From positions 1 to 64,000 of the forward strand of contig CAWCIZ010000004.1 in assembly GCA_963795855.1 (NCBI GenBank): a DNA stretch of 64,000 nucleotides, read 5' to 3'. The notes beneath the pieces were generated by a model that saw only the letters and a program-made list of their open reading frames with translations, was not told where the DNA came from and did no database searches. The DNA comes from Vulcanimicrobiota bacterium (GTDB lineage: Bacteria; Vulcanimicrobiota; Vulcanimicrobiia; Vulcanimicrobiales; Vulcanimicrobiaceae). Both the position numbers and the translations under genes were made by a program. The first letter of the stretch is position 1. Every line of letters begins with the position of its first letter. Shown piece after piece: positions 30,091-40,120 of this stretch.

Positions 30091-30445
30091 CAGAGACCAG
30101 AATTCGAAGTTGGATGTCAGGGGCGCCGCTGAAGTGGTCCCAAATGGCAGCGGCGCCGCACAGTTAGTATTCAATCTGCCCGCGTCAACAGTCGAGAGGT
30201 GTCATTCGTCCAGTCATGCGCGTGAATAAAACGGAGGTGACGATGCTTCTTGGTCGCAGCGCGCTTGGCGAGTTATCTATAGGAGACGGGCGTAGCCATT
30301 GAGCTCCGAGAGCACGCGTATTTGCGCAGGCACCATGAAGTTGTGGCGCATTTGGATGATGTGTTCGTGACCAGGTGGACCAAAATAGAATAGGTCAAGG
30401 ATGGCGCAATCGTCGCGGTCAGGGCTCGGATAGCACTCGCCACGT

Positions 30446-30643
30446 TCAAATATGCCGCGCAGGCTCTGGATGTTCGCAGTCTTCGTCGTCCCAAATGATC
30501 TGTTTTTGAGCGTTGGTCCTTAGGCGCTCCAGAAGCCCTTCCGCGCCGGGAGCGGGCTTGAACTCGATTTTCGAGCGGTATGTAACCCGATCTCGATCCC
30601 GGGTGATTTCTGGGTGAAGGTCGGCGGCTTCATCAATCATCAC
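30446..30643 (-). CDS. small acidic hypothetical peptide
   Basis: Start overlaps the stop of the preceding ORF. Confidence 0.4.
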   Translation of the reverse strand: MMIDEAADLHPEITRDRDRVTYRSKIEFKPAPGAEGLLERLRTNAQKQIIWDDEDCEHPEPARHI

Positions 30644-30827
30644 GTCGACCTTTATCAGGCGCAGCCTTTTCTACCTTATCGCGATCGACCAATCCCGGAC
30701 GTCCAAACGGATCGTGATCATTCAGGCCAGATGTGATCCGGTCCCGCGCGACCGTGCCAGGCCTTTCAAAGTCCGAGGCCTGAGCCGTCGGACTTGTCGG
30801 CTCTGTGTCGCCGCTATTCTCTGTCAT
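30633..30827 (-). CDS. small acidic peptide with two F-x-(K/R)-PG-x-V-x-RD repeats
   Basis: DFERPGTVARD and PFGRPGLVDRD. Confidence 0.5.
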   Translation of the reverse strand: MTENSGDTEPTSPTAQASDFERPGTVARDRITSGLNDHDPFGRPGLVDRDKVEKAAPDKGRRDD

Positions 30828-30936
30828 CGTCTTTACCGTCTTTACCGCTTGCATCGCTGGGTTTCCAACCTTCGGTAAGTGGGTCGCGCCCGACCGGGCC
30901 CGGCTTTTCGAAGTCTTGGTCGTCGCTGCCGTTCAT
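30814..30936 (-). CDS. small acidic peptide with one F-x-(K/R)-PG-x-V-x-RD motif
   Basis: DFEKPGPVGRD; ATGA overlap with the upstream membrane gene. Confidence 0.5.
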   Translation of the reverse strand: MNGSDDQDFEKPGPVGRDPLTEGWKPSDASGKDGKDDDRE

Positions 30937-31667
30937 CGTGTTGTCTCCATGCATGCGAGATTTACGGTACCATTCGCCATAAGACGTCCGGAACACTTCG
31001 TGAGCGTAGGTGTGTTGCGGGGTGCCGTCGCGACAAGAATTAGGAAATTCGTTAGCAACAGCGAGGCGCCGACCACTATTAGTAGCGTTGCAACGAAAAT
31101 AAAACGACCTTTGCGCCTGAGGATAGGAGTGAGGCCCAGCGTTATCTCTTGCCATGCTTCGATCATCCGGCGCGCGACGCGTCCGCGATTCGCAGAATCG
31201 GCCAACACGGGGACGGAATTAAACATCGTAATCGCTGGAATGTCGGTTTCTATCGGACGCAGGGACTGTAAAAGCAGAATAAGGCTTGCAAAAAAGCAAA
31301 TCGCAGATACAACCAACAGTGGCGTCAGTACGACATGCAACCCGCCTGTGAAGCCAGCAAAGAGCGCGAAAAGGCTCGCGCCACCGCCGAGGAGCGCAAC
31401 GAGTTTCTGCGCCTTATCATCTAAAGTGTCGTAAGCGCTGTGTTTTCGATCGTATAGATCGCGAGCGATGTCCAGTAAGAGCGTCGCCGTTTCGTGCGAA
31501 GTAATTCTACCGCTCTCAGCACCGAGGTCCTCGTACGTCTTTCGGCGCTCAGCGGGTGACGCAGTTTCTTCAGTCGTGCCTACGTCAACTGCGGATAGAT
31601 ATCGGTAGCCCACAAGTGCGCCGACCACAAGGACAACGCCGGCAAATATCCACTGAAGCGTCCACAT
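30933..31667 (-). CDS. multi-pass membrane protein (resembles Pycsar/SLATT-type TM effectors)
   Basis: Four hydrophobic segments; LDDKAQKLVALLG before a TM hairpin; RRKGRFI before the last TM. Confidence 0.6.
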   Translation of the reverse strand: MWTLQWIFAGVVLVVGALVGYRYLSAVDVGTTEETASPAERRKTYEDLGAESGRITSHETATLLLDIARDLYDRKHSAYDTLDDKAQKLVALLGGGASLFALFAGFTGGLHVVLTPLLVVSAICFFASLILLLQSLRPIETDIPAITMFNSVPVLADSANRGRVARRMIEAWQEITLGLTPILRRKGRFIFVATLLIVVGASLLLTNFLILVATAPRNTPTLTKCSGRLMANGTVNLACMETTR

Positions 31668-31672
31668 CGGAA

Positions 31673-33148
31673 TTACAGGATTTCGCCGGCATCGTGTGCG
31701 ACTGTAAAGCGTTCCACGACTCGACTAGGTCCAAGCCCTTCCCCCGCGTAGGTGTAACGCTGCGATGCGTCGGGACCGTGTGCGGTAAGAGGTCCCGTTT
31801 GTTCTATGCGCACGCCGTCATCGGTTTCATACTGCGCGATGATAGCGGCAAACTGTGGTCGCTGCGTGCGAAGCGCCGCCCGTTCGTATAGCAAATTTAC
31901 GGATAGTCCCCCGTCGCCGCGCGTAACCGTTCCAAGCCGGGCAATATCGGAGACGTTGCTCGCGAAAATGCGAACTCGGTTCGCCGCAAGATTCGTCTCG
32001 TTCCGCAGCGTGCCGGAGAGAGACACCTCATTGTTCCCCCCATACTGCGTGTCTACACGAAGCTGGAGACGTGGCAGTTTCACGCTTTGTTGTTCGGTCG
32101 GCCGTTCAAGGACGGCGAGGTATTGATCGACATAACCGGGCCGCGGTCCGATCGATACGATTTGCCAACCGTTTTCCATTCGTTCGTAGATCATCGTACG
32201 AGCTTGCTGCTCGAGTGGCTCGTTCCCCGTCATATTCAACTGTATGGGAACAAACTCGTACTCGTAGCGTCTTTTCACGTCAACTCCCTCGATGGCGGCG
32301 ATAAATGCGATAAACTCGCGGGCAATTTCGTCAGGGTCTTGAATCTCAAATCCGGCTTCGCGCGCCTCGCGTGCAAGTTCCGGCCGCCACAGCGCCGGCA
32401 TCGCAAAGATCGGCGGCCAATTCTTGTGGTGCGGGCGTCGACCGAATTCCGCAATCGCCGTCGCTCGCAGGCGTCGAAGGCTCAGTTTCAATGAGCGATC
32501 AGATCGCATGATGAGGACATCTAAAACGTCACGGTGTCGGCGGTTGATGTAATCCGGGCGATCGGGTTCCGTCGCCCCATGGAGTCTATGCGCAATTTGG
32601 ATATACGGATCGAGCAGTGGCACGCGAAGCGGCCCTGGCAGGCCCAGAACGGTAAGCACGCTTGCCGTCTCAAACGTCACCGGTGTTTCGTAGTTGGCGT
32701 CGTTGAGGTCAACGTCTAAAGTGCCGAAGGCACGGCCTTTGTATTGTATTCGAACCTCGATGCGATGGGCGTTTGCATTTGCTAAATAGAGCGTCGTGCC
32801 GCGGACGAATGTGAAACCGTCAAGGCCTAGTTCAAGAACGCGATCAAATACCGATAGGAGATCTTCGCCTTCCGCGACGATACCAATGTCGACATCACCC
32901 GATGCACGCGCTCGAATGCCAAAACGCAGTTCCATCGCCATGCCGCCCTTTGCAATATAAATCGGGATGATGCCGCGTTCACGTGCACGATCAAGCAGCG
33001 CAAAAAGCAGTTCGCTCTTGACGCGCTGCTGTAAACGCGCCGGCGTAAGGCCATGTTCATGGGCGTAGGCGTTTATGCGGGAGAATAAATTACCGACGTT
33101 ACCCGGCGGACGAAGATTGCGTCTCTCGGGGCGCAGCGGATCAGGCAT
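31673..33148 (-). CDS. AbiEii nucleotidyltransferase toxin with C-terminal extension
   Basis: IAKGGMAMELRF...RASGDVD; QIAHRLH; RHRDVLD. Confidence 0.85.
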   Translation of the reverse strand: MPDPLRPERRNLRPPGNVGNLFSRINAYAHEHGLTPARLQQRVKSELLFALLDRARERGIIPIYIAKGGMAMELRFGIRARASGDVDIGIVAEGEDLLSVFDRVLELGLDGFTFVRGTTLYLANANAHRIEVRIQYKGRAFGTLDVDLNDANYETPVTFETASVLTVLGLPGPLRVPLLDPYIQIAHRLHGATEPDRPDYINRRHRDVLDVLIMRSDRSLKLSLRRLRATAIAEFGRRPHHKNWPPIFAMPALWRPELAREAREAGFEIQDPDEIAREFIAFIAAIEGVDVKRRYEYEFVPIQLNMTGNEPLEQQARTMIYERMENGWQIVSIGPRPGYVDQYLAVLERPTEQQSVKLPRLQLRVDTQYGGNNEVSLSGTLRNETNLAANRVRIFASNVSDIARLGTVTRGDGGLSVNLLYERAALRTQRPQFAAIIAQYETDDGVRIEQTGPLTAHGPDASQRYTYAGEGLGPSRVVERFTVAHDAGEIL

Positions 33149-33686
33149 TCATCAGCTCGTACGGCAGCGTGATCTTGCGTTCGCGCGCATCTCGAAGTGC
33201 ATCCGCGAGGACGACAGAATCGCCCAGCGCCGCGATATCAAGAAGCGTTCGCTGTGGGGTTGTCACTGGAAGGCTGTCCACATACGTCACTTCATGCGGC
33301 TTCAGGTCAGCGCGGTGTACGACTAGCGACCGCGGCAACACCCTGTTGATGCGAAGGGCGCTGGGGACCGTGATATGGGTGTTGGGCGGATTAGCATCGG
33401 ACAAGTGGTGGAGCCGCAGCGCCGTGTAGTGTGTCAGCGTCCCAAAGACTTTGGCTCGTGCTTGGGGCCACAGTACGGCCTCCCAAAGGTGCGCATTCTC
33501 GGATACTGTGGGATAGCGAGCGAGCCGATAGACTCCTCGAGAGACGCGCGTAAGCGCTCCCCGCCTGGCCGCCTTTCCTAGCGTAGTAGCAGATACGTCC
33601 TCTTCGGCAGCCTGGGCGGCAGAGAAATAACCGTCCTGACCCTCAGCCAACTCGTAGAGGCGGTTGGCAATCACTTCCCGCGGCAT
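33141..33686 (-). CDS. AbiEi type IV TA antitoxin
   Basis: LAEGQDGYFSAAQA...RVSRGVYRL...THYTAL...LPVTTPQRTLLD. Confidence 0.9.
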   Translation of the reverse strand: MPREVIANRLYELAEGQDGYFSAAQAAEEDVSATTLGKAARRGALTRVSRGVYRLARYPTVSENAHLWEAVLWPQARAKVFGTLTHYTALRLHHLSDANPPNTHITVPSALRINRVLPRSLVVHRADLKPHEVTYVDSLPVTTPQRTLLDIAALGDSVVLADALRDARERKITLPYELMNA

Positions 33687-33804
33687 TGCACAAATTATAC
33701 CATAAAGGCTGGTTATGAGCACCGAACCTAACGCCAAGCCAGCCATTAAAGGTTGTTTTGCGCAGAAGCCGACCTGCGAGTTCCGTCTTGGGCAGAGCCG
33801 ATGG

Positions 33805-33910
33805 CCGCTAGTCGGGTTTTTCGGCCGGCCGTAAGGGACCCGCAAGGGGGCGACGGGCGGTGTGGGCATCACTCGACCCGCCTAGCGGGGGGTTGTGCTA
33901 CGTAACCCCC
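33805..33910 (+). ncRNA. putative structured RNA/DNA element
   Basis: 13-bp closing stem with one mismatch (33805-33817/33876-33888) enclosing GTAA and GCAA tetraloop hairpins, followed by a GGGGGTT/AACCCCC hairpin. Confidence 0.4.
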
Positions 33911-34705
33911 TCCCAGCAACCTTCGCTTGGTTCGCGGTACGCCCTTGAACTTGCCTATGAGGCCCGGCGAATGGGGACGACTGTCTGCCGCTGCTTGTCT
34001 TCAAGAATAGCGTTTACGCTGGAGCGCATGGTCTGCGCGTCCACACATATTTGTCGATAATGCCCCGAACGCAAAATCTACCAGCGTTGTAGCTGATCTT
34101 GCTCTTTCGTGAGCTGGGACCGCAAATCGTTCGCGGTCTTCAGCCACGCACTCAAGCGGCGTTCGAAATTCTGTCCGTCACGAACTTGAACAGGTTCGCT
34201 GAGCCGCAGTCGATTTGCGCGCTCGACGCCTTCGCCAGTGCGAGTTCGACGTGTACTTCCCGAATGACGTGCAGAAGGCTGACGAGCGCAGCTGGACGCA
34301 CGAGCAGCACATCGCCCTCGCACTTGATACCACCTCGAAGCCGCGGCGTTTGCCGTCGCTGACGAGGAGCGTATATTGTGCCTTGCGTTCACGCTTGGCG
34401 CTACTGGCCTGCCGAATGAACCCTGGTGTTATCGTTAAGTCTCAATACGAGCTGGGTAGCGAAACGGATTTCAAATGCCGCCCTTTCAGAGAAACCATAG
34501 TGAGGACGCGAACTGGTGCCCGCGCAATGCTCGGCTATTCGTTCCGCAAGGTTGAGTCCGTCGGCGCGTTCGATAGTATCACGACGCCTTGGCCGCTCGA
34601 ATAATCGACGGCAAGAGGCCTTGTGCCAATCCTTATCGCTCGATGAATGGGCGGGCGCGGCACCGGATCCTGCATGAACGCACCAAAAGTTTGAGGGACG
34701 CGGCG

Positions 34706-35167
34706 CTAACTAACGATTTGCGGTGCCGCCGCATCGGTTATGCCATGGGCGGCTTGAATTTCCAGCGCTCTCGCGACGGCTTGTGAATCCTCGTTAGCGT
34801 CAATCTCGACGATCTTGCCCCATCGCATTTTGATGACGTGAACGCCGTGGTTCTCGTACGGCGATCCGTCGGCGAGTGTGTCCGCGTTCGTCCATCGCAC
34901 AATGATCGTGGTATCGTGCGGAAGGCCGAACACCCAGACATCGCGGACAGTCAGTTTCATGGTTGGCCCGCAGCGTTCGAGACGTTGAAGCCACCGACCT
35001 AGAGCGTTACGGTCATGCCGTGTGCCACCGAGCGCATGGGAACCACCAAAGCGGTGGACGACATTGGGCACGCAATCTTTCAGCAAGGAACCAAAATCGC
35101 GCTGATTGACGCGTTCAAAATTTTGCTTAGCGATTCGCCGAACGACGGCATGGTATGGATTAAGCAT
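34706..35167 (-). CDS. SnoaL/NTF2-like protein
   Basis: HRFGGSHALGGTRH...YENHGVHVI.MRWGK...EDSQ. Confidence 0.85.
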   Translation of the reverse strand: MLNPYHAVVRRIAKQNFERVNQRDFGSLLKDCVPNVVHRFGGSHALGGTRHDRNALGRWLQRLERCGPTMKLTVRDVWVFGLPHDTTIIVRWTNADTLADGSPYENHGVHVIKMRWGKIVEIDANEDSQAVARALEIQAAHGITDAAAPQIVS

Positions 35168-35249
35168 CAACGTGATAGCTCCATCTAAGAGCCGTATCGG
35201 CGGCATCGGGCGCTTGCGCCCGTCCCGTATGCACTTCGCCGTATGCGGT

Positions 35250-35759
35250 CTAGGGACCAACAGAGGGGTCCCGACTGTTTACTTGCGTTTCCCGCAAACG
35301 CAAGATCAGGTTCATCTTCAGCTCGCCGTCTACAACACCGCCCCCGTGAAACCCGTGACGCCGATAAAGGGCGGTCGCATGCGCGTTGTGTGGAACGACG
35401 TCCAACTGCACTTGGTTGATCGATTGCGAGCGTGACCATTGCACGACCGCGTCAACGAGAGCATCGCCGATGCCCTGACCGCGAGCAAACGGCGCGACCC
35501 ACATCGAGATAAGTTCGACGACTTTTTCAGAGGACGGCTCAGTGGCGCTCACGATGCCGGCAGGCGTATCGTTCAGCAAGGCGAGGAGATTGAAAGGAAC
35601 CTCGGTCAATCGCCGGCGCCATCGTTTTTCGGTGTGGCGGTCGGCTTGCCACTCCGACAACGTGGATCCGTAAGCGTAGGGCGCTGCGCGGAGCGCCCGC
35701 AGCCGCATTTCGCGCCAATCGCGCCAATCGTCGGGACCGAGCGCCCTGATTGAGATCAT
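35250..35759 (-). CDS. GNAT acetyltransferase
   Basis: LISMWVAPFARGQGIGDAL...N..A.ALYRRHGF. Confidence 0.9.
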   Translation of the reverse strand: MISIRALGPDDWRDWREMRLRALRAAPYAYGSTLSEWQADRHTEKRWRRRLTEVPFNLLALLNDTPAGIVSATEPSSEKVVELISMWVAPFARGQGIGDALVDAVVQWSRSQSINQVQLDVVPHNAHATALYRRHGFHGGGVVDGELKMNLILRLRETQVNSRDPSVGP

Positions 35760-35849
35760 TTCCACGCCGCCGCGCGCGTCTCGCCCCGCGCTTCGCTCGC
35801 TTCGTCCCACTCTTGTTATATTGACCAGGCGGCGCGCACTATACTGCTC

Positions 35850-36340
35850 TTGATGAAACAATTCGCAGTGACGCTCGTGCTTCTGCTTTTGGTACGACCG
35901 GATTTGGTTAGCGCTGCAGGATCGCAAAGCGGCGCAGTGTTAGCGCCGCTGGAAGCATTCGCAGTGAAATTCAATTCGGGCGACGTGACCTTCCCGTCGG
36001 CCGCGTACACTGACGACTGCACGACCATCGACGAGTTCGCGCCGTTCAGTTGGGACGGAAACGGTTCGATCCGTACGTGGTATCGAGACACGATCGGCAG
36101 CCGCTCGCCGGAGGCGCAAAAACGCTTTGCCGCACACAAGTTTGTATTAAAGATCGAAGCCCCGCTTACCGTTCACGGTGAGGGCAGTACAGCATACATC
36201 GTCGCACCCGCATTGCTCTGGTACACTCGAGCCGGGGTCCGCCGTTTGCAGCATTTGGAGTGGGTGGTACAGGAAGTCAACACGACGGAGGGATGGCGGA
36301 TCAAGGCCAAGCCTGGGCGCTTCGCGACGATTCGCCGGTG
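35850..36340 (+). CDS. secreted NTF2-like protein (3' end uncertain, probable frameshift)
   Basis: Signal peptide; IDEFAPFSW.G; AYIVAP; GWRI. The rest of the ORF overlaps a better minus-strand gene. Confidence 0.6.
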
Positions 36341-36400
36341 GAGCAACGTTGACGCCCTCGCAATCGACGATGGCGAGCGCCGCATGCCCCACTTAGTGTT

Positions 36401-36868
36401 TTACCCGCGTGATCGCGAGGTAGGCACCTCAGCGGTGCTAGAGCGCGGCGTTACGAGCACGACAACCGTAGCCACCGTCGTCAGCAGGGCAACGGCGGCT
36501 ACAATTGAGACACCTGTCACGAACAACGGTGCTGTGCAGAACCGGGCTTGGCGCATGAGTACGACTATGGCGATCGGCAGCGACAGAAGCGCCAGATTGT
36601 CCACGACCAGTAGAGTATTACGTGCCCATCGTGGCGCCATGGTCGACGCTGCGGTAACCCAGCAGCTCACCGCAAGCGGAATTAATAGCACGCCGACGAG
36701 AACGTGGTTCAACAGCGTCGGAGGCAGCGCGAGCGAGTACGTTTTCCGCGGCGCCCCGGCTAAGAGTCCCGCAATGTCGGGCGTGGCGATGAGATGAACG
36801 GCCGCCAGTAATAGGAGCAGTATGGACACGATTCTCAAAACGAGTTGGGCGGCGCGGACGGGTCTCAA
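36401..36868 (-). CDS. membrane protein
   Basis: Four hydrophobic helices; AAGGGGG RBS. Confidence 0.6.
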   Translation of the reverse strand: MRPVRAAQLVLRIVSILLLLLAAVHLIATPDIAGLLAGAPRKTYSLALPPTLLNHVLVGVLLIPLAVSCWVTAASTMAPRWARNTLLVVDNLALLSLPIAIVVLMRQARFCTAPLFVTGVSIVAAVALLTTVATVVVLVTPRSSTAEVPTSRSRG

Positions 36869-37201
36869 ATGCGGCCCCCTTCAGAGGATCCATAGTGACG
36901 ACGCGAACCGGTGGCCCGCACAATGCTTCGTTATTCGTTCTACTGACGTTAAGTCCGCCGCCACGGTCGATAGCGTCCCGACGCCTTCGCCTCTCTAACG
37001 GTCGACGCTAAAAACGCTTGAAGCCCGCGTTGCGGTGCGAACGAAAGCAGGGTCGGCACCGCTTCCATATTGAGATCGTCCTTACGTCGAGGCTTACCGC
37101 CGCTTCCGAACGCCAACGCCCTTTACAAGGAGCCAAATCATCATCACGATCTCCGCAGCCGCTCCAAACACCTCAATCGCAAATGGTAAAATTGGTTTCG
37201 G

Positions 37202-38047
37202 ATGCGGGTTCTAATACTTGGGGGTGCCGGCGCAATCGGTCACTATGTTGAGCGCGAGCTTGCCGAGCGCGGACACGAGCTCACGGTAGTTCACCGTGGG
37301 ACCCGTCCCGTATGTCCGGGGACCCGCGCTGTTTTGCTTGATCTAAATTGGATGCCTAAAAACGTACCTGCCGCATTGCGCGAGGATTATGATGTCGTCG
37401 TGCACATGATCGCGATGACGCAGAAGGACGCCGACATCGCGACACGTTTGATCGCCGGACGCTGCGATCACGTCGTTGTGGTAAGCAGTTGCGATGTGTA
37501 TCTCGCGTATGGGCGATTTATCAGGACCGAGCCTGGGCCATCACAAAGAGCACCGATCGACGAATCGTGCGCGCTTCGAACTCGCCGCTATCCGTATCGT
37601 GTGCCTGGTCGCGTCGGTTCATTCGACGACTACGATAAGATCGTCGTCGAAAACGCCTTTCGGCGCGCTGAAGGTTTGACCGCAACCGTTTTACGCCTTG
37701 CAAAAGTGTATGGGCGGGAGACAAACCGCGACTTTTCCACCGTTCTGCGATTTGCTCATCAACCGAAATGGCGGTGGACGCATTGTTACGTCGAAAATGC
37801 CGGCGCAGCCATAGCTGCTGCAAGCACAGACCCTCGTGCGCGCGGAGAAACATACAACATCGGCGAGGAGCGAACACCCACTGTTGAAGAGCGTCTAAGA
37901 TTGTTGCCTCAGATGCCAAGACAGGTTCCCGACGTCGAAAAGGACTTTTCGCAAGACCTCCATTTTAGTTCAGATCGTTTGCGACGTGAGTTAGATTTCA
38001 ACGATCCCGTTACCGTGGCTGACGCGATATCTCGTACGGTATCGTGA
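37202..38047 (+). CDS. NAD-dependent epimerase/dehydratase
   Basis: MRVLILGGAGAIG, SSCDVY, YDK. Confidence 0.9.
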   Translation: MRVLILGGAGAIGHYVERELAERGHELTVVHRGTRPVCPGTRAVLLDLNWMPKNVPAALREDYDVVVHMIAMTQKDADIATRLIAGRCDHVVVVSSCDVYLAYGRFIRTEPGPSQRAPIDESCALRTRRYPYRVPGRVGSFDDYDKIVVENAFRRAEGLTATVLRLAKVYGRETNRDFSTVLRFAHQPKWRWTHCYVENAGAAIAAASTDPRARGETYNIGEERTPTVEERLRLLPQMPRQVPDVEKDFSQDLHFSSDRLRRELDFNDPVTVADAISRTVS

Positions 38048-38167
38048 GCCAAGTTTAGTTTTCGCGTGCGCTTCACAAATCGGTTGGACAGAGGCCTTTG
38101 TCCTCGACCCCGCAAGTGCGGAACTGTCGCCATAATATCGTCGCTGCGTTATCGTCTGAAGCCGGTC

Positions 38168-38464
38168 CTATTCTCTCTTGAACGCGACAATATATGGGTG
38201 AATCTCGTAACGAAGGAGCCCCTGGATGATTGTTTGATCCGTTGCGAGGATCTTTTCGAGTTCTTCCTTTGAGGGCGCAGTATATACGGCGAGGCCACCG
38301 CGATCATCGAGAAACGGGCCGCCAAAAACGAGCTTCCCGCCCGCATGTTGCGCCGCCAAAAAGTCGCGATGGTGATACACATCGGCTTGCGCGTGGAACG
38401 GTTTTTCCTCATCCCAATTTGGCCCGCGAACGTACACGACAGCAAACGTATGATCGTCGCTCAT
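38168..38464 (-). CDS. YciI-family protein
   Basis: H..FL.....GKLVFGGPFLDD.GG. Confidence 0.85.
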   Translation of the reverse strand: MSDDHTFAVVYVRGPNWDEEKPFHAQADVYHHRDFLAAQHAGGKLVFGGPFLDDRGGLAVYTAPSKEELEKILATDQTIIQGLLRYEIHPYIVAFKRE

Positions 38465-39258
38465 GCTGCGTCCCATGCCTCCTTGCCGCGCTCGACATAC
38501 GCCTTTAGGCCGTCTTCGAGCAGTGTACCCCACCCGCCACGATACATGTCAACCATAGCCTTGTCGTAAATCCCCATCACCGTGTGCGAGAGCGTAAGAA
38601 GTGCTCCACCCTCGGAAGCGGTTATTTCGAACTGTATCGTTCCGAAGATGCATCCGCCCATGCCCATCGAGCCCTCGATGCATAAAAGCGAAGGCGGTTC
38701 AACGCGTGTCACGATGCCATAAAGTCGCTCGCAATGTGCGTGTATCTCGACCAAACGTCCGCCGGCCGCCGGCTCAAGACGGAGATCCGGTCGTCCATTA
38801 TGGTCATAGGTAACGTGGGACCACCAGCGGGCGACATTTTTTGTGAGCGCATCAAAGACTTTCTCGGGGGGAACAGACAAGTTGACGGTCTGAACGATTT
38901 CGTCGCTGGAAATCGCGGTGTTGGCCGGTGCTGTTGACACAATATCTCCTTCGACAATGGCTCCGAATTTGGAGAGCGAAGCTGCCCAGAGTTGCTGGAA
39001 AGGTGTTAGCCATCGTTCGTAAATGGAACGAAGCGGCGCAGCGTTTATGTAGTTCCAACGTTCGCGTCCTTTGCGGCGCACGGTTATCAGTCGCGCATCC
39101 TCAAGGACGTCTAAATGCTTCATGATGGCGGTGCGCGATATCGCAAAGCGCGCGCACAACGCTCCTGTCGTTCGCGGACCCGCCCGAAGAAGGTCGAGCA
39201 GCCGACGGCGCGTGGGATCGGCTAGGGCGCTCCAGACCGCCGAGTCGTTCTTAGTCAC
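38461..39258 (-). CDS. ArsR HTH + SRPBCC fusion regulator
   Basis: ALADPTRRRLLDLL...KHLDVLE; PPEKVFDALT..V..WW. Confidence 0.9.
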   Translation of the reverse strand: MTKNDSAVWSALADPTRRRLLDLLRAGPRTTGALCARFAISRTAIMKHLDVLEDARLITVRRKGRERWNYINAAPLRSIYERWLTPFQQLWAASLSKFGAIVEGDIVSTAPANTAISSDEIVQTVNLSVPPEKVFDALTKNVARWWSHVTYDHNGRPDLRLEPAAGGRLVEIHAHCERLYGIVTRVEPPSLLCIEGSMGMGGCIFGTIQFEITASEGGALLTLSHTVMGIYDKAMVDMYRGGWGTLLEDGLKAYVERGKEAWDAA

Positions 39259-39424
39259 GAGACCGCTCTATGCTAACATGCGGAGACACTATATGCAACC
39301 CACAGGTGACATATTATTCTTTCACGAATGATTTGCTGCAGCGCTGAACTGTTGCATTATGAGGCAACGGGCTGACAGCGGCACGCACACCATTCGTGAC
39401 TGCAACCGGGAAAGGGTAATTGAT

Positions 39425-39859
39425 ATGACCGATCGTTGGAGGTTTTTACGTGGAGTCTGTGCACTCGCCATCCTCCTGGGCGCTGCTAGCCTTCAGCGTT
39501 CCGCTGCTGCAATGCCGGCGCCTTGCATGGGCCTCGCCGCTGGAACCCAAACAGTTACGGTGATTAACCCATCGAGATATCTTCGAAACGTACATGGAAA
39601 CGCGAAGGGTCCCTCCGTTGCATGCCTCGCTTCTGCATACAACCAGTCAGTGATGTTCGTTCGGCTCGACCAACCCATGCGTCACGCGTCGCCGCAGGAC
39701 GCCGTTGCCGTAATCGAGAGCGGATCAGGCGTGATAGGCGTAGGACCTTCGAGATACGCGGTAGGGCCTGGTAGTGTCGTACTGATGGCAAAGGGTGTCG
39801 AACACACAATGACCCCGACGCCGCGAATGACCGCAATCGTGGTAATGCTTGCGAAATAA
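39425..39859 (+). CDS. secreted cupin-like protein
   Basis: Signal peptide; VIESGSG...VGPGSVVLMAKGVEH. Confidence 0.6.
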   Translation: MTDRWRFLRGVCALAILLGAASLQRSAAAMPAPCMGLAAGTQTVTVINPSRYLRNVHGNAKGPSVACLASAYNQSVMFVRLDQPMRHASPQDAVAVIESGSGVIGVGPSRYAVGPGSVVLMAKGVEHTMTPTPRMTAIVVMLAK

Positions 39860-40120
39860 GCACGTCGGCGGAATTTTTCCGCACGGGCTACGGCGCCACA
39901 TGCGTAAAGTTAAACATGCGAATTGCGTACGCGACGGTACGAGAAGACTTGACCGGCGGCGACGTGCACAGGTGCGGCTCCAATACGTCTTTGATGTCGC
40001 AGCGCCGGCTATCGCAACAAGATAACCTTCACCGGGGAGCTTGCGCAAAATTCTCCCAGCACGGCAAAGAAGCGCGAACTCTTCGGCTAATCGGTCCGCA
40101 TTACCACAGGAAGACTCTAC

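Noticed and set aside
34535..34620. Possible serine-hydrolase 3' remnant (GVVILSN)
   Set aside because: Too short to support; it would fit the remnant pattern if confirmed
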